64,000 nt of DNA. It comes from Bugula neritina (taxonomy: Eukaryota; Animalia; Bryozoa). The notes under the pieces were generated by a model. The model did no database searches and had not been told where the DNA came from. It worked only from the letters and a program-made list of their open reading frames with translations. The position numbers were made by a program, and so were the translations under genes. Shown one piece after another: positions 22,909 through 36,470 of the stretch. Location of the stretch: NCBI GenBank assembly GCA_964035545.1, contig OZ037769.1, positions 5,003,929 to 5,067,928 of the forward strand. The letters are read 5' to 3'. The stretch's first letter is position 1. Every line of letters starts with the position of its first letter.

Positions 22909-25900
22909 ATGAGTCTGCAATGGACTGCAATTACGGGATTTTTGTACTTCGAGATGGCGATTATCTTCCTACTTTTACTTCCTTTCATTTCTGCTGCTAG
23001 GTAAGCCAACTTTTTACTTTACTGTCGACTGAAGTTATAATTAAAGTTGGATTTTGTTGTTTTTATTACCAAATTCAATTTGCGTTTCGCAGACAAAACA
23101 AAATAACAAAGTGAAAAGGGCAAACTGACACGCAAATTGATTTTGTTGAAACAGCTTGAGCTCGAGTTACTATTACTATTACTATTAGTATTAGACTTGG
23201 TGTGACACTTGGAGTTGAAGTTAATGTTGCTTTTAATGCCTCAGACTTAATCCAACAGTAACAACTATTACTAACAAGTAACAAGTGAATAACTGGTAGA
23301 TATTTACTGATTATTCATTATTCATTTTTCATATTATTACAGATTGCTACTACTACTAGTACTAGTAGTAGTAGTACTACTACTAGGTACTAGGCTACTA
23401 GCATATTGAAATTGATATTGATTTTGACAATAATCACTTTTTATATATTTATATTAACAATAATAATATTAAATATCCATGCTGTTCGGTGTTCATGTAA
23501 ACATTTATTTCTAATTTGTTATTTTATTATTTTACTATTTTTTGTCATAATCTTAATAATTAATTGTATCACTTATTGTAATAGTTTTAGTATTTTCGTA
23601 TATATATATTGTGGTAATAAATCACGGCTTCGGCCTCTTACGTTTATCAACTAACTCGAGCACGTTCTGTCTTTTCACGATAGCTGAAATAATATCACAA
23701 ATCAACATAAAACATGGTGCCCCGAGTCTAATTATTATTAATATTACACTGAAATAACATGGAGCAATTACTAGCGCCAAAACCATTAGCAGATGGACCG
23801 AATTTACCTGAGGAATGGAAGATTTTTAAACGTGACTTCGAACTTTTTTTAACTGCCACATCGAAAGATACAGCCGAAGGCAAAGTGAAAACTGCATACC
23901 TACTTAGAACTATCGGTCGCCGAGGCAACCAAATATACGACTCTTTCAACTGGACTGACAACAATGACAAAACTGACTATGACAAAGTTGTGACGCAGTT
24001 TGATGACTACTGCAAACCAAGAATAAACTTAGTGGCTAAGACTCACTCACTACTGACTTGTAAGCAAGGAAATAGAACTATTGACGAATTTTTGACTGAA
24101 CTACATACCATTGCAGGACTATGTGACTTAAAAGACATGTACAACCGACTGATACTACAAGCACTGATACTGGGAATTGAAAGTGACAAGATTAGAAAGA
24201 AACTGTTTGACTTGACTGACTTTGACAAAGCAATTGAACTCTGCAGACGAGAAGAAGCATCGGCTATTGACTACAAGACTATGACTAAGGATAACACATA
24301 TGGACTCGAACAAGTGAACTTGGTAAAACATAGACCTCCGACTCATCAATATCACTCTAATGACACTCGTAACACTGATAAACACAGAGGACAACTTTCA
24401 CACACTCACTCTCAGCCCAACGTCAGAAAATCAGTTGGTGCTTCTAGGTGTGGAAACTGTGGAGGCAATCACCCACCTCGAGCATGCCCAGCATATGGGA
24501 AACAGTGCAATCATTGCAAGAAATTTAACCACTTTGCTACATACTGCAGGTCACGCATGCATCATTATCGCGACTCAACCGAAACAGCCAATCAAGTCAC
24601 CTGGAATTACTCTTCAGACAGTGACTCTCAACATGTAAGTACTATCTCCACTACTGTACGAGATCGTAAATTATTAGCGATGCTCACTGCTAAGCAAGCA
24701 GATACTATTTATGACATTGAATTCCAACTTGACACTGGTGCATCATGCAATACTTTGAATACGATCGACTACGACAAGCTAGGTAAACCGAAACTTACAC
24801 CGACTGATACTGTACTAACTTTATATGACCAGAGCAAGTGTGCACCACTAGGGTGGACACGGATACAGATACTAAACAAGCAAGGATGTTACACTACATT
24901 AAAATTCCTAGTTGTGGAAACCACCCAACATAGCTTGCTGTCATGGAAATCATGTTTGCACCTGGATTTATTACAAATGCCCAGCACCAAAAGCGAGAAT
25001 GTAAACTTTGCCACTACTGACCCAGACCTTCAGACTTTACTGACTAACTTTGATGACATATTTACCGGACTTGGAAAGTTTGAACAGGAATATAGGATAG
25101 AGCTAAGACCTGAAGCTGTACCAGTGCAAGTCCGACCGCGGAAGGTGCCCTTGTCGATGAAATCAGATCTCATCAAGACTATTCTTGAACTAGAACAACG
25201 TCAAATTATCGCTAAGGTAGAAGCACCTACAGACTGGATAAGCCATCTACAACCAGTGCGCAAGCCTAATGGAAAGATACGCATCTGCATAGATCCGCAA
25301 CATCTCAATCAAGCAATTAAACGAAACCACGCTGTCATGCCAACATTGGAAGATGTTTTGCCACAACTCAACGGTGCCAAGTTTTTCTCCTTGTGTGACG
25401 CCAAAGAAGGTTTCTATCAAATTCCCCTAGCTGAGGAATCTACAGACTTGACAACTTTCTGGACTCCCATAGGAAAGTACAAGTACCTAAGGCTACCCTT
25501 TGGAATTGCATCAGCGCCGGAGGAGTTTCAGAGAAGGCTCACGGAAAATCTTGCTGGTCTTGATGGCATCACCATAGTTGCAGATGACATCCTAATTTTT
25601 GGAAGCACAAGGAAAGAGCATGATAGAAACCTTGAAGCGCTCTTCAAACGTGCTCGACAGACAGGACTGAGACTGAACAAGGAAAAATCCCGCTTCCTTC
25701 AGGACGAACTACCTTACATTGGACACATACTGACAACTAATGGACTTAAACCAGATCCTAACAAAGTAAAAGCCATTCTTAAGATGAAACCTCCCTCATC
25801 TCCACAGGGAGTAAAACGATTCCTTGGTCACATCACATACATGTCAAAATTTATTAGCAACCTAGCATCGGAATCTGAACCATTACGACGTTTACTGACA

Positions 25901-28900
25901 CAAGACAATGCTCAAGACTTTCACTGGACTGACGACCAAATGAACGCTTTTAATAGACTGAAGACCTTACTAACTGACTCAGAAACTCTACAATACTTTG
26001 ACTGCAACAAGCCAGTAACTATACAAACTGACGCTTCAAATGCTGGTGTGGGTGCAACACTCATGCAAGGAGGCAAGCCTGTAGCATATGCATCTCGCAG
26101 TTTAACAAAATCGGAACAGAACTATGTGCCACTAGAGCTTGAGTGCCTTGCCATAGTGTTTGGCACTGAACGCTTTGACCAGTATATCTTTGGTCACCAT
26201 GCTGTCACTATCCAAACTGACCACAAACCCCTTGTATCTATTTTCAGGAAATCCATTCATAAGGCATCTCAGAGGTTGCAGGCTATGCTTCTTCACTTAC
26301 AAAGATACCCCAACATTAAGGTAACTTGGCAAAAGGGTGCTGAACAAATCACGGCTGACTTACTCTCAAGAGACTCATACTTTGACTCCCCCAACTATCA
26401 ACAACTACCAGAACACATTTTTCACATTGACTCTCAAAATAATGATGCTCCTGTTTGTGACGACTTAATTGACAACATTAGGACTGCTACTGCACAGGAC
26501 AATGAACTTATGACACTGACAAACCTTATTAAACATGACTGGAACATTGCCAACTGCACAACTCACGACAAGTACAAACACTTTCAGGACGAACTATCTA
26601 TTGACAATGGCATTGTTTACAAAGGACTACGAGCCATTATTCCAAAGACACTCCAGAGAAAGTTTCTCCAACTACTTCACACCGGCCATAATGGGATTAA
26701 CTCCACACTAAGACGTGCCCGCCACACAGTGTTTTGGCTTGGCATCACCAATGACATCAAAAACAATATTGCTAACTGTCGACAATGTCAACTGGATGCT
26801 CCCCGGCAACAGAAGGAAACACTTTTACTCCACACAGTTCCCCAACAACCCTGGACCAAAGTAGGAATTGACTTGTTTGAATACAATCACACTCACTACA
26901 TTACTATTGTTGACTATACGACTGACTACCTTGAATATGACCGACTGGACAACCAAACAGCAGAGGCTGTTATCAACTCCATAAAGCGCTGTTTTGGACG
27001 CCTGGGAATACCCAGACAGGTTCACACTGACAACGGACCACAGTTTACCTCGCACCAGTTTTCCACTTTCAGCCAATCATGGAATTTCACACACACCACC
27101 AGCTCTCCATATCATCCTCAGTCCAATGGGAAGGCAGAGTCTGCTGTGAAGATAGCCAAACGTATACTCCGCAGATGTGAAGAGCCCGAACTTGCGTTAC
27201 TGGAACATCTCAACACCACCAAAGAAGGCCTGACGGCCAGCCCAATTCAGCAACTTATCGGAAGACCCACCAGGTCAGTACTCCCACAAGTTCGGCCAGA
27301 AACAGAGAACAACCAAGGTTGGTGGGAAAAGCAGGGCCGCAATGAAAAACTGCAGCAGAGATGCAATGACGGTGCAAGAGATTTGGCAGTGCTGAAAGAA
27401 GGGCAACCAGTTTTGGTTCGAGACTGGAGTCAGCACCGGAGAAAATGGCAGGAGGCGCAAATTAACAAACAATTGAGTAGCAGAGCCTATGCCATACAAC
27501 TTAACAACAACCTCTTTCGGAGAAACCGGCGAGACATCAGACCACTCGTCACGGAGCCAGCGAGTCCTGAGACACCAAAGGATCCTAAACAAAACGCTAG
27601 TAGTACCCAGGTTGACACCACCGAGAGCGCCAATCATAGCGACAATCTAAGACGTTCAACCAGAGAACGGAAGCCACCTAGTTGGATGGCAGACTATGTG
27701 CCCTCTTAAAACAATCATATCTAAATAGCTTTTTTTCTATTCTGTGGGAGATGTTCGGTGTTCATGTAAACATTTATTTCTAATTTGTTATTTTATTATT
27801 TTACTATTTTTTGTCATAATCTTAATAATTAATTGTATCACTTATTGTAATAGTTTTAGTATTTTCGTATATATATATTGTGGTAATAAATCACGGCTTC
27901 GGCCTCTTACGTTTATCAACTAACTCGAGCACGTTCTGTCTTTTCACGATAGCTGAAATAATATCACAAATCAACATAAAACACATGCTTGGCACAATAT
28001 ATAAATAATTAATATTTGGATTAAGGTATTAGCACAGTCATGCAATCCTGTTTAAAAAGACCTAGGTTGTCACTTGTCAATCTGACTATGAGACGTAATC
28101 AAGTATTCAAAATACCTACACATTCACAAACACATTGCCTGGTTAAAGTTAGTAGTTTAAGAACTCTGCATTAGGCTTAGCAGCTATATTTTTATTTTAG
28201 TTGGCAGAGAGTGTTCAACTCTGGTCTGGTAAGAATGGCTGGACTATATGCCAACTACTATTTCACTATGGCAATGGTGTTGCTAGGCATATGCTTTGCT
28301 GGTAAGTTTCAGGAGCTCTTCAGTTCAGCAGGAAGTTATGATACATTATGCTGACACCAAGTGACTGACCATGAACTGATATGATTAAACTGTTTTGGAG
28401 TATGTAATAGCTGTATATTTTCAATATACTTTCATTTTTTGAAAACATTTTATCTCAGATTGTTTTAATTTATGTAGATTCGATTCGGGAAATGGTGAAA
28501 TACACTCACAGCGACAAGGCGGAAGCTAGTATGGCCAACAACCCAAATACAGTTGATCACATTCACATGAAACTGTTCAGAGCGCAAAGAAACTTTTACA
28601 TTGCAGGATTTTCTCTCTTCCTGTGGTTGTATGTGTCTCTGTAAACATGTGCTTTTTCTGTTTCAGTATTTATTGAAATGACTACCTGCTCATGTAGGAT
28701 GAGACGACTGCTAATTTTTTTCCAATAGTTTTTTATGAATTTCCAACACCATAGTTTAATATTATATTATTTTCTCTCACTATTTTTGTAGAATTACCAT
28801 TATTACCAGCTGGTTTCTATGCCAATATTAGTTGGTATAACAGATGATAATGTTACAAATCTTGCATTGCAATTATATATCCCCACTTCTGTTTGCTCAT

Positions 28901-29856
28901 GCAGTGTACTCCACCGACTGGTCACCCTCCTTTCTACTGAAGCCAAGCTGTTTGCTGGGAAAGAAGCTGCCATAAAACAGGCTAAAAGTGCATCTGAAGC
29001 AGCTCAAAGACTCATGAGTCAACAAGAGAAGGTAATTACCACACTTAATTTGTTCAAGGACAGAGCCTCTCTCGAGTTTGATTTATCGCATGCTTTTGAA
29101 TTAAATACATTATCATGTCTAGTTAATAGAATAGCTACTCCTCATTCAACCTTGACCTACACAGCAATTTGGAAAACAATTGACTTGGTTTGCTGACTTC
29201 CATTTTTCACAAATAAATGTTTCTGGACTGATTTACACTATCTTCATATAAGAATATAGCTCAATGTTTCAAATTAGCGTATTTCTGTTATTGTTGGAGT
29301 TATACACGAAAATGGTATTTTATGTTTGTACAACAGAATATTATAGTTAATTTTTCTGCCAGTTAAAATTGTTTACTCTTGTAATTGTCTTCTCTTGTAA
29401 TCTATGCGCAGGGAGATGACTCCAGCAACGACAAGAATGAACTAGCTCAGCTGAGAGAGAAACTCAGTGAAACAAAATCTACCCTGAGGGCTAGAGAAGC
29501 CGACCTTGAAGCTATAAAGAAGCAGGCTGAGTCGACTAACCGAGAGTACGATAGGCTGAGTGAGGACTTCCAGAGATTGCAGGTAAACACTCAGACTTTT
29601 TCAGTAGTATTGCAGGTAACCACTAGGACTTTTTCAGTTGTATGTTAACTTTACTACAGTAATTCTCTCTCAACTAGACTATTATAGTAGCTGTACTCCA
29701 ACTATATCATGCTAATATTATTCTGGATCCTATGAATCTTTCCCAGTATATCTAGATATACACAATGGCTGCCTGTAACAACTTAGTATTATTATGAGAT
29801 GCTGACTTTTGTTACAGCAAGAGTTAGATTCTTCTTCCGACAAGAAAACATCCTAA
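22909..29856 (+). CDS. BCAP31: B-cell receptor-associated protein 31/29 homolog, 226 aa. Exons 22909-23000, 28201-28301, 28478-28628, 28905-29031, 29412-29582, 29818-29856.
   Basis: MSLQWTAITGFLYFEM..., HMKLFRAQRNFYIAGFSLFLW, KKQAESTNREYDRL and a C-terminal KKTS (KKXX ER-retrieval motif). 681 nt, in frame. Confidence 0.95.
23483..23714 (+). repeat. 5' LTR (232 bp)
   Basis: Identical by eye to 27752-27983; contains AATAAA at 23616. Confidence 0.97.
23759..27709 (+). CDS. Gag-Pol polyprotein, 1316 aa (Gag with two zinc knuckles, aspartic protease, RT, RNase H, integrase)
   Basis: CGNCGGNHPPRAC and CNHCKKFNHFATYC; LDTGAS; RLPFG...VADD; TDAS/ELE/TDH; HHCC plus the D,D(35)E triad (DLF/DNG/ESAVK). 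The PR-RT-RH-IN order is that of Ty3/Gypsy. C-terminal LRRSTRERKPP. Confidence 0.98.
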   Translation: MEQLLAPKPLADGPNLPEEWKIFKRDFELFLTATSKDTAEGKVKTAYLLRTIGRRGNQIYDSFNWTDNNDKTDYDKVVTQFDDYCKPRINLVAKTHSLLTCKQGNRTIDEFLTELHTIAGLCDLKDMYNRLILQALILGIESDKIRKKLFDLTDFDKAIELCRREEASAIDYKTMTKDNTYGLEQVNLVKHRPPTHQYHSNDTRNTDKHRGQLSHTHSQPNVRKSVGASRCGNCGGNHPPRACPAYGKQCNHCKKFNHFATYCRSRMHHYRDSTETANQVTWNYSSDSDSQHVSTISTTVRDRKLLAMLTAKQADTIYDIEFQLDTGASCNTLNTIDYDKLGKPKLTPTDTVLTLYDQSKCAPLGWTRIQILNKQGCYTTLKFLVVETTQHSLLSWKSCLHLDLLQMPSTKSENVNFATTDPDLQTLLTNFDDIFTGLGKFEQEYRIELRPEAVPVQVRPRKVPLSMKSDLIKTILELEQRQIIAKVEAPTDWISHLQPVRKPNGKIRICIDPQHLNQAIKRNHAVMPTLEDVLPQLNGAKFFSLCDAKEGFYQIPLAEESTDLTTFWTPIGKYKYLRLPFGIASAPEEFQRRLTENLAGLDGITIVADDILIFGSTRKEHDRNLEALFKRARQTGLRLNKEKSRFLQDELPYIGHILTTNGLKPDPNKVKAILKMKPPSSPQGVKRFLGHITYMSKFISNLASESEPLRRLLTQDNAQDFHWTDDQMNAFNRLKTLLTDSETLQYFDCNKPVTIQTDASNAGVGATLMQGGKPVAYASRSLTKSEQNYVPLELECLAIVFGTERFDQYIFGHHAVTIQTDHKPLVSIFRKSIHKASQRLQAMLLHLQRYPNIKVTWQKGAEQITADLLSRDSYFDSPNYQQLPEHIFHIDSQNNDAPVCDDLIDNIRTATAQDNELMTLTNLIKHDWNIANCTTHDKYKHFQDELSIDNGIVYKGLRAIIPKTLQRKFLQLLHTGHNGINSTLRRARHTVFWLGITNDIKNNIANCRQCQLDAPRQQKETLLLHTVPQQPWTKVGIDLFEYNHTHYITIVDYTTDYLEYDRLDNQTAEAVINSIKRCFGRLGIPRQVHTDNGPQFTSHQFSTFSQSWNFTHTTSSPYHPQSNGKAESAVKIAKRILRRCEEPELALLEHLNTTKEGLTASPIQQLIGRPTRSVLPQVRPETENNQGWWEKQGRNEKLQQRCNDGARDLAVLKEGQPVLVRDWSQHRRKWQEAQINKQLSSRAYAIQLNNNLFRRNRRDIRPLVTEPASPETPKDPKQNASSTQVDTTESANHSDNLRRSTRERKPPSWMADYVPS
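27752..27983 (+). repeat. 3' LTR (232 bp)
   Basis: Identical by eye to the 5' LTR; followed by the TSD CATGC. Confidence 0.97.
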
Positions 29857-31611
29857 TCAGCCTATCGCTGCAGTACTGAAGGGAGAACATACAAACGCCT
29901 TTACTGAGATATTACACTAAACACACTTGGCATGTTCATGTAAACCTCTGCATGTGTTGTAGACCCTAGCCACACTTTACAAATGCCAGTATAATTTCTA
30001 ATACCAAATACCATTCGCAGTCTTCTAGTCTTTTTGAAGAATGCATTCGTCTTCAGATCAAATATAGGAAGGGAAACTGCTTTGAGTTGTCAACTGATGT
30101 CAGATATCTAAAATAGTTTCTTCTACAATGCCATAAAACTGCACATTTACTGGTGTCATTGGGTTTATATATCTTTTCATTGTTTGGCTTTATGTTGCCT
30201 GTCTCTTCATTTTACAAGGCGTTAATGATTGCTACAAAAGAAAATTTCGTGAAATTTTGATTAAAAAATTAAATTGATCTTGTATCTTTCATTTCTATTT
30301 AAAATATGTGCATAGGCGATACTGACTTTTTATGTTGCCGGCTTTGGAAGTCAAATAATAAGTAATCATTTTGTAATATCCTTGGTAGTCTTAATGTATG
30401 TCTAGCTGATCTATGTTGTGTGTTTTCATTCTATTCACTGCCCTATCGATAGTCTTGTTTGCTGTTGATTTTATGTATGTTTTGTTTTGTTAATATTTGA
30501 CTAACCATTTTCGAGGCATCATTGATTAATACATGTAATAAAAACACAAACTGATTTTGTTAAGTTTTTCACCGTTTCTCATAACATGCAAATAACACAA
30601 GCACACCCAGTAAATTAGACTGCATAAAATACTAACATTATCCTAACTTTGAACTGTGTGAATTAAATAAAAACAGTTACTGCTAGTTATAGAAGCTACA
30701 GCCTCCCCCTTTATGATTAAGTGGTGTATAGAGTGTTTTACGAACTTCCCCACATGATTTAGAATATATTATTGTTTCGTCTTAATCTACTGAGAATTTC
30801 TACCAGAACACTTCAGCCTAATAACCTGATGAAAAGACAGGTGTAGGAGAAAGCAAAAGGTGTCTTGGGAAAGAACAATCAACTATCAAGTGTAGATTCA
30901 CTTCAAAGCTGCTTTTATGATTTGTAAATAAATTGTTAGAATATGCTACTCATGGAAGGAAAACTCTCCATACTAAACAAAGCTATTTGCAATGGTCAGC
31001 ACCAACTTGGCTCAATAATCTATTGCTAAAAACTGTTCCAATGCATTGATAATCTGTTGTAAGTAGAACACCAAAAACTAGTAGGAAGCAGAAAATACTA
31101 AACATGGGATCCAATTATTCACCACCAAAAGGCATGACATGTGACGCATTGTAATCCATATGCATTCATTAGGATCACCTTGTTAGGTCTGTAAAAACCC
31201 TTTAATAATTCACTCTTAGTTTATACAAGCATTTAAAAAGTACGTAAATTTTGAGTTAAACATGATAAAACAAGTTATTAAATAGTTTTAGAGACAATTT
31301 TTTACTGATGAGTTATGATTACCTTTCGGAAAATATGGCTTTGTTAGTGCCAAGACACTAGTATGTTACACGTTTATTGGCTAGCAATGTGAACACATTT
31401 TATTTTTAAAACAAGTATTAATTATAGCTTTTCTATTTTATCACCCATACAAAAGGTATGCAGGACTTTGCATATTATGTCTTTACAATAAATTCACTTG
31501 TAGTGAGAAAAGTGAACTTCAGTCAGCTGGTGATACAGAGTTTGTGTAAAATATATACAAAGTAAGAATATTTAGCTGCTGATTACACTTGACTGTCTTA
31601 CTGTCTGTTGA

Positions 31612-33324
31612 TTACACTTGGCTATCTAGATTCAATATTCTGTGTACAACAGTGTTGGATCTGTGGCTAGGTTTTGGGTCTCTCTTTGCTTTACTGAGTG
31701 ACTTATAATACTCACTGTAGTCATATGACCTGAACTGTAGATTCTTATCTTCTAAATATCCTGGAGAAAAGAAAGGTGGTTTACCAAACGGCCCGTTATC
31801 ATCCAAATAATATATGTCCTTGACACAAGAGCTACACAACTACACCTTACTAAGTGGTATACTTACTATACATTACTAAGTGGTATACTATCTACACATT
31901 ACTAAACTGTAGTATACTAACTATACATTACTAAGTGGTATACTAACTATACATTACTAAGTGGTATACTAACTATACATTACTAAGTGGTATACTAACT
32001 ATACATTACTAAGTGGTATACTAACTACACATTACTAAGTGGTATACTAACTATACATTACTAAGTGGTATACTATTAAACAAAAAGTTACCTACCAACA
32101 TCCTTAGCTTTTTCCAGGGCTATCAGTAGCTGCTTGTTTTGCTTCATACAGATCTCTAAAAAATAGTAAACACAAAAATGAACTAGAAATCAAATGCCAC
32201 AATTGGTAACAAGTTACAAAAATTTTTATAAATTATAACATTATTCAACACTTTGCCGTATAAAGTGAAATATTATCAACTATTGAATCCACACAGCAGA
32301 TCAAGCTGGGAGGGAACTCAAATAACCACTTCCTTTTGCTCAACGCTTACACTCCTGTGAGAACCCCTGATAGAAAGGGGTGTTCAAGTGAGCCAAGGAC
32401 TTATGCCTCTCACCATGTGGGCAATATGGCTCAAGGACTTCTAATTTCAGCACAGTATGACTCGGTGTCCTCCATTACATCACTGCTGGCCCTGGCAGGG
32501 TGTGAACCCCACCATCATACTAGGCCAGCACTTTAACCACCATACCACAGCTTCAAACTACCACTAATGTTAGAGTAAATTTACATAGGGCCTAAGTAAG
32601 TTGTAAGTAAGCAAGTTGTACATACGTGTTCTAGCAGGTCGATATATAGCCATCTCATTCGGGTTTAAAAATTGTTTCAGCAACTTCACATTCTACAGAA
32701 AATAATAGTTGAGCGTGCATCTTGTTTTATAAGCAATACAAATGAAAAAGCATACGTATATCATGATAATAAGCGAGTAATAGATGTAATATAAACATCT
32801 AATATATCATAATATAAATATCTAATATAATATGAACATATAACATAATATAATGTAAACATATAGCATAAAGTAAATATATAATGTAAATATACAATAT
32901 CAATATATAACAAAATATAAATTATGCATAATGTAATATAATATAAATACATAATATAATATAAATATATAATATAAATACATAATACAATATAAATATA
33001 TAATATAAATAAATAACATGTTATTTAGATTCTTTAACACATAGATTGGTATAAGTACTGTAAGAAGAACTAAGTGCTACACAAGAGATACACCTACAAT
33101 AGATAGACAACTCCTAAATGATGTGGAATACAGAGAAAAATAGCGAAGAATCATACCCTATAGTCAAACTTGAGATACTGATCTCTACAGATAGGACAAG
33201 GATTGCCAGTGGATACAAATCCTCCCACCTGAAAAAAACACACTTTGATTTACATTCATGTTTAGATAACTTAATATCTTCTGCAGTGAGAACATAACTT
33301 CTACTAATACTTTGACAGATGATA

Positions 33325-33372
<48 letters not shown>

Positions 33373-35297
33373 AGAGTTGTATATTATATATATAAAAAGA
33401 GTTTTATATTCAAAATACAAAGAAGGAGCAGCCTCGGTCTAGGGGTTAGAGTGTTTGCCTAGTAAACATGAAGTCATGGGTTCAAACCCAATTAAAAGCC
33501 ATTGGTGATGTTAGGAAGAGCATCCAGTCATAATTGCTCCTGTACAACATATGAATAAGTCCTTAGCCCAATTTAATAAAGAAAACCTTTCCATCAGGGG
33601 TTTCTCACAGGGATGGCGACTATAAACTTGCGGGAGTTTTATATAACATAGGGAGAGTTGTATATAATATAAAGGGAAAAGATATTAATCTCACCACGCA
33701 AGATCTACGAGTGATCTTCCTCGGCCGACCACCAGGGTGGTTGGGTCTGTAATGATGCCAGACCGGCAGCTCACCGTACGTCTCCCTGTAGGCATCACTC
33801 TCCATGTACTGAATGCTCGTCAGCGCGTCTACTTGCATATATGGCTTCTTTCCTGTAACACAACGAGCTCATACGACACAACTGCAATGTGACACTTTCT
33901 TTATGTAAGCATTAAAGAAAATCCATGAAAAAATATTTTAAACAATCATTTAGGCTGGCATAGAACGTAAACATCTTCAATAAAACAATGTACTAAAATA
34001 TATATAATTCTGTCATTGTTACTAAATAGCATTTAGCATTTTGGCAGAATGTTGGCATGTTGGCAGAGACTAAATGTTAGAAAGTTGAAAATTTTCACTT
34101 TTGCAGCAACGGCAACACAAAATGAAGTTAAATACAAAGGAAATTTGAACTATAAAATACCAGTTGTAATTTCATTGTAAAACAGAAAAAGTAAATTATA
34201 AGATTTATTTTTAAGCCAACAAATGTATTCAAGATGCAACAGATGGACTAAATCTATGGAATGGTGAGCGGTATGGTACCTTTTGTTTCTACACCCATAT
34301 ACTCGCCTTCTTCTGTTGAATCATTTTCTTCTGTGCTGCATTTTCGAACTTGAGATAACTGTGAATGGTTGACTATTCCAGAATGCAGCTAAAGTTTGAA
34401 AACGGATAAACTAGCAAAGTTGAAAAATGTTTGCAATTACATTAGTCACTTGGGTACATCGTGAAAGAACTTAAGCCCTGATTTTACAGTTTCAGATAAG
34501 AATTACTTTCATAGCTGGCACGGCCAATGTGCCATAAGCCAAACAACTTTTGTATATACTAAGTAATGCACCCTGGACTAGTTTCACAGTACATGAAATA
34601 TTACATTAAACTTCAGATTTATTCATCTTCGACTTTCCGTCCTATTCTAAAAAATGTTTCCATGTATAGAATTAATCAATTATGAGAAATAAAATATTCA
34701 CTTATGCAAAAAAAAATCGAAGGTTACAACAAACACTAACAGTAACCAAATTAGTGCCACTAACTTAAGGCTAACAACTAATAAGTAGTACGATTAACTT
34801 TAAGTTACTGTTAGGAGTTATACTTAGACCATCAGCCTCAGGCTCAGGTGTAAAATTAACACCATGACCAAGTTTAACAGTACGCCGAACCTGTAGTCTA
34901 AGCCCAAATCACAGAGTTAGTACAGAGCTTAAACGCATATAAGTGATATCCTTTAGAATTAGCTTGGTCTGAAAGTTAATGGGTGAGTCACAAGTAAACA
35001 GTAATTTTACAAAGCTGCTGAAAGTGAAACTCAAGTTGAGAAGATCAAGATGAGTTAGATGACTAAAACTAAAAGTAAAAGTAAAAGTAAAATTAAAAGC
35101 AAAACTAAAGGTTTAGTAACCGTTAAAATTACAAAATATCAGCATACCACATAATGTTTGTTCCTCCAATGATAGCTCAACTGCTTAACATTTGAGGCAA
35201 GTATATTTTGTAAAGAGGCCGCCTTATCACCAAATTGAAACAAGTTCCTGAAACATTTTGTATGCATTGCGAACCTCGACTTTATCGCCAATGCCAT
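31612..35297 (-). CDS. MRPS18B: Mitochondrial ribosomal protein S18B (mS40), ~254 aa. Exons 35148-35297, 34280-34388, 33695-33852, 33157-33228, 32626-32692, 32096-32155, 31612-31760.
   Basis: YMESDAYRETYGELPVWHHYRPNHPGG...TRRSCV...GNPCPICRD...DYRNVKLLKQF...ICMKQ...LEKAKDVGYL matches MRPS18B. The basic N-terminus resembles a mitochondrial presequence. 765 nt, in frame. Confidence 0.92.
31838..32075. repeat. 26-bp minisatellite (~9 copies; AACTATACATTACTAAGTGGTATACT) in the last intron of MRPS18B
   Basis: Directly visible tandem copies. Confidence 0.95.
32346..32551 (-). mobile_element. Diverged tRNA-derived SINE related to the main family
   Basis: Shares the tail GTGAGAACCCCTGATAGAAA...AAGGACTTAT and has a degenerate A/B-box head at the right end. 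Confidence 0.5.
33425..33627 (+). mobile_element. Full-length tRNA-derived SINE (~200 bp) in MRPS18B intron 3
   Basis: Head GGAGCAGCCTCGGTCTAGGGGTTAG...GGTTCAAACCC (A/B boxes), body GGTGATGTTAGGAAGAGCATCCAGTCATAATTGCTCC. At least 6 related copies in the window. Confidence 0.85.
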
Positions 35298-35727
35298 ATT
35301 GAATTCGCAATTATAAATTCCCAAAATGGATACGCTAATATTTTTAAACCTTTTTTATATATATAATTATATAGCGAGATTCGTCAAAATAAGTTTTACA
35401 TAGAGAACGCAACCCTAAAAACACATGAACTTTGCCGTGAAGTTGTAAACATAATAATTATTATAAAATATAATGGGATGGTATTTGTAGTTACAGTTGG
35501 CAACACCCAGTGAGATACACGCTTTTTAAACGCTTTGGCAATACCAAGCCAATCACAAATCATAATGCAAAATATATTTTAAAACTTTATATTGATGTCA
35601 TATTCAGCTTTTTTGCCAAATTGAATAGTATCGTCATCTATTTAAACATGTTTGTATTGAAGTATTTTATATAACTATATACATTACATAAAAATAAATT
35701 AGGGATCGAACCAATATACGCATATAT

Positions 35728-36470
<743 letters not shown>

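Larger units (their letters stand above)
23483..27983 (+). mobile_element. Full-length Ty3/Gypsy LTR retrotransposon (Mag-clade-like), 4501 bp, in BCAP31 intron 1
   Basis: TG...CA LTRs at 23483-23714 and 27752-27983, TSD CATGC at 23478-23482 and 27984-27988, PBS TGGTGCCCCG at 23715, short purine tract GGGAGA before the 3' LTR, and a single gag-pol ORF. Confidence 0.98.

Noticed and set aside
33525-33600. Twister-ribozyme-like motif (AAGTCCTTAGCCC) in the SINE body
   Set aside because: The P4 stem and pseudoknot partners cannot be formed by eye and the motif varies among copies. An Infernal search with twister models would be needed to revive it.
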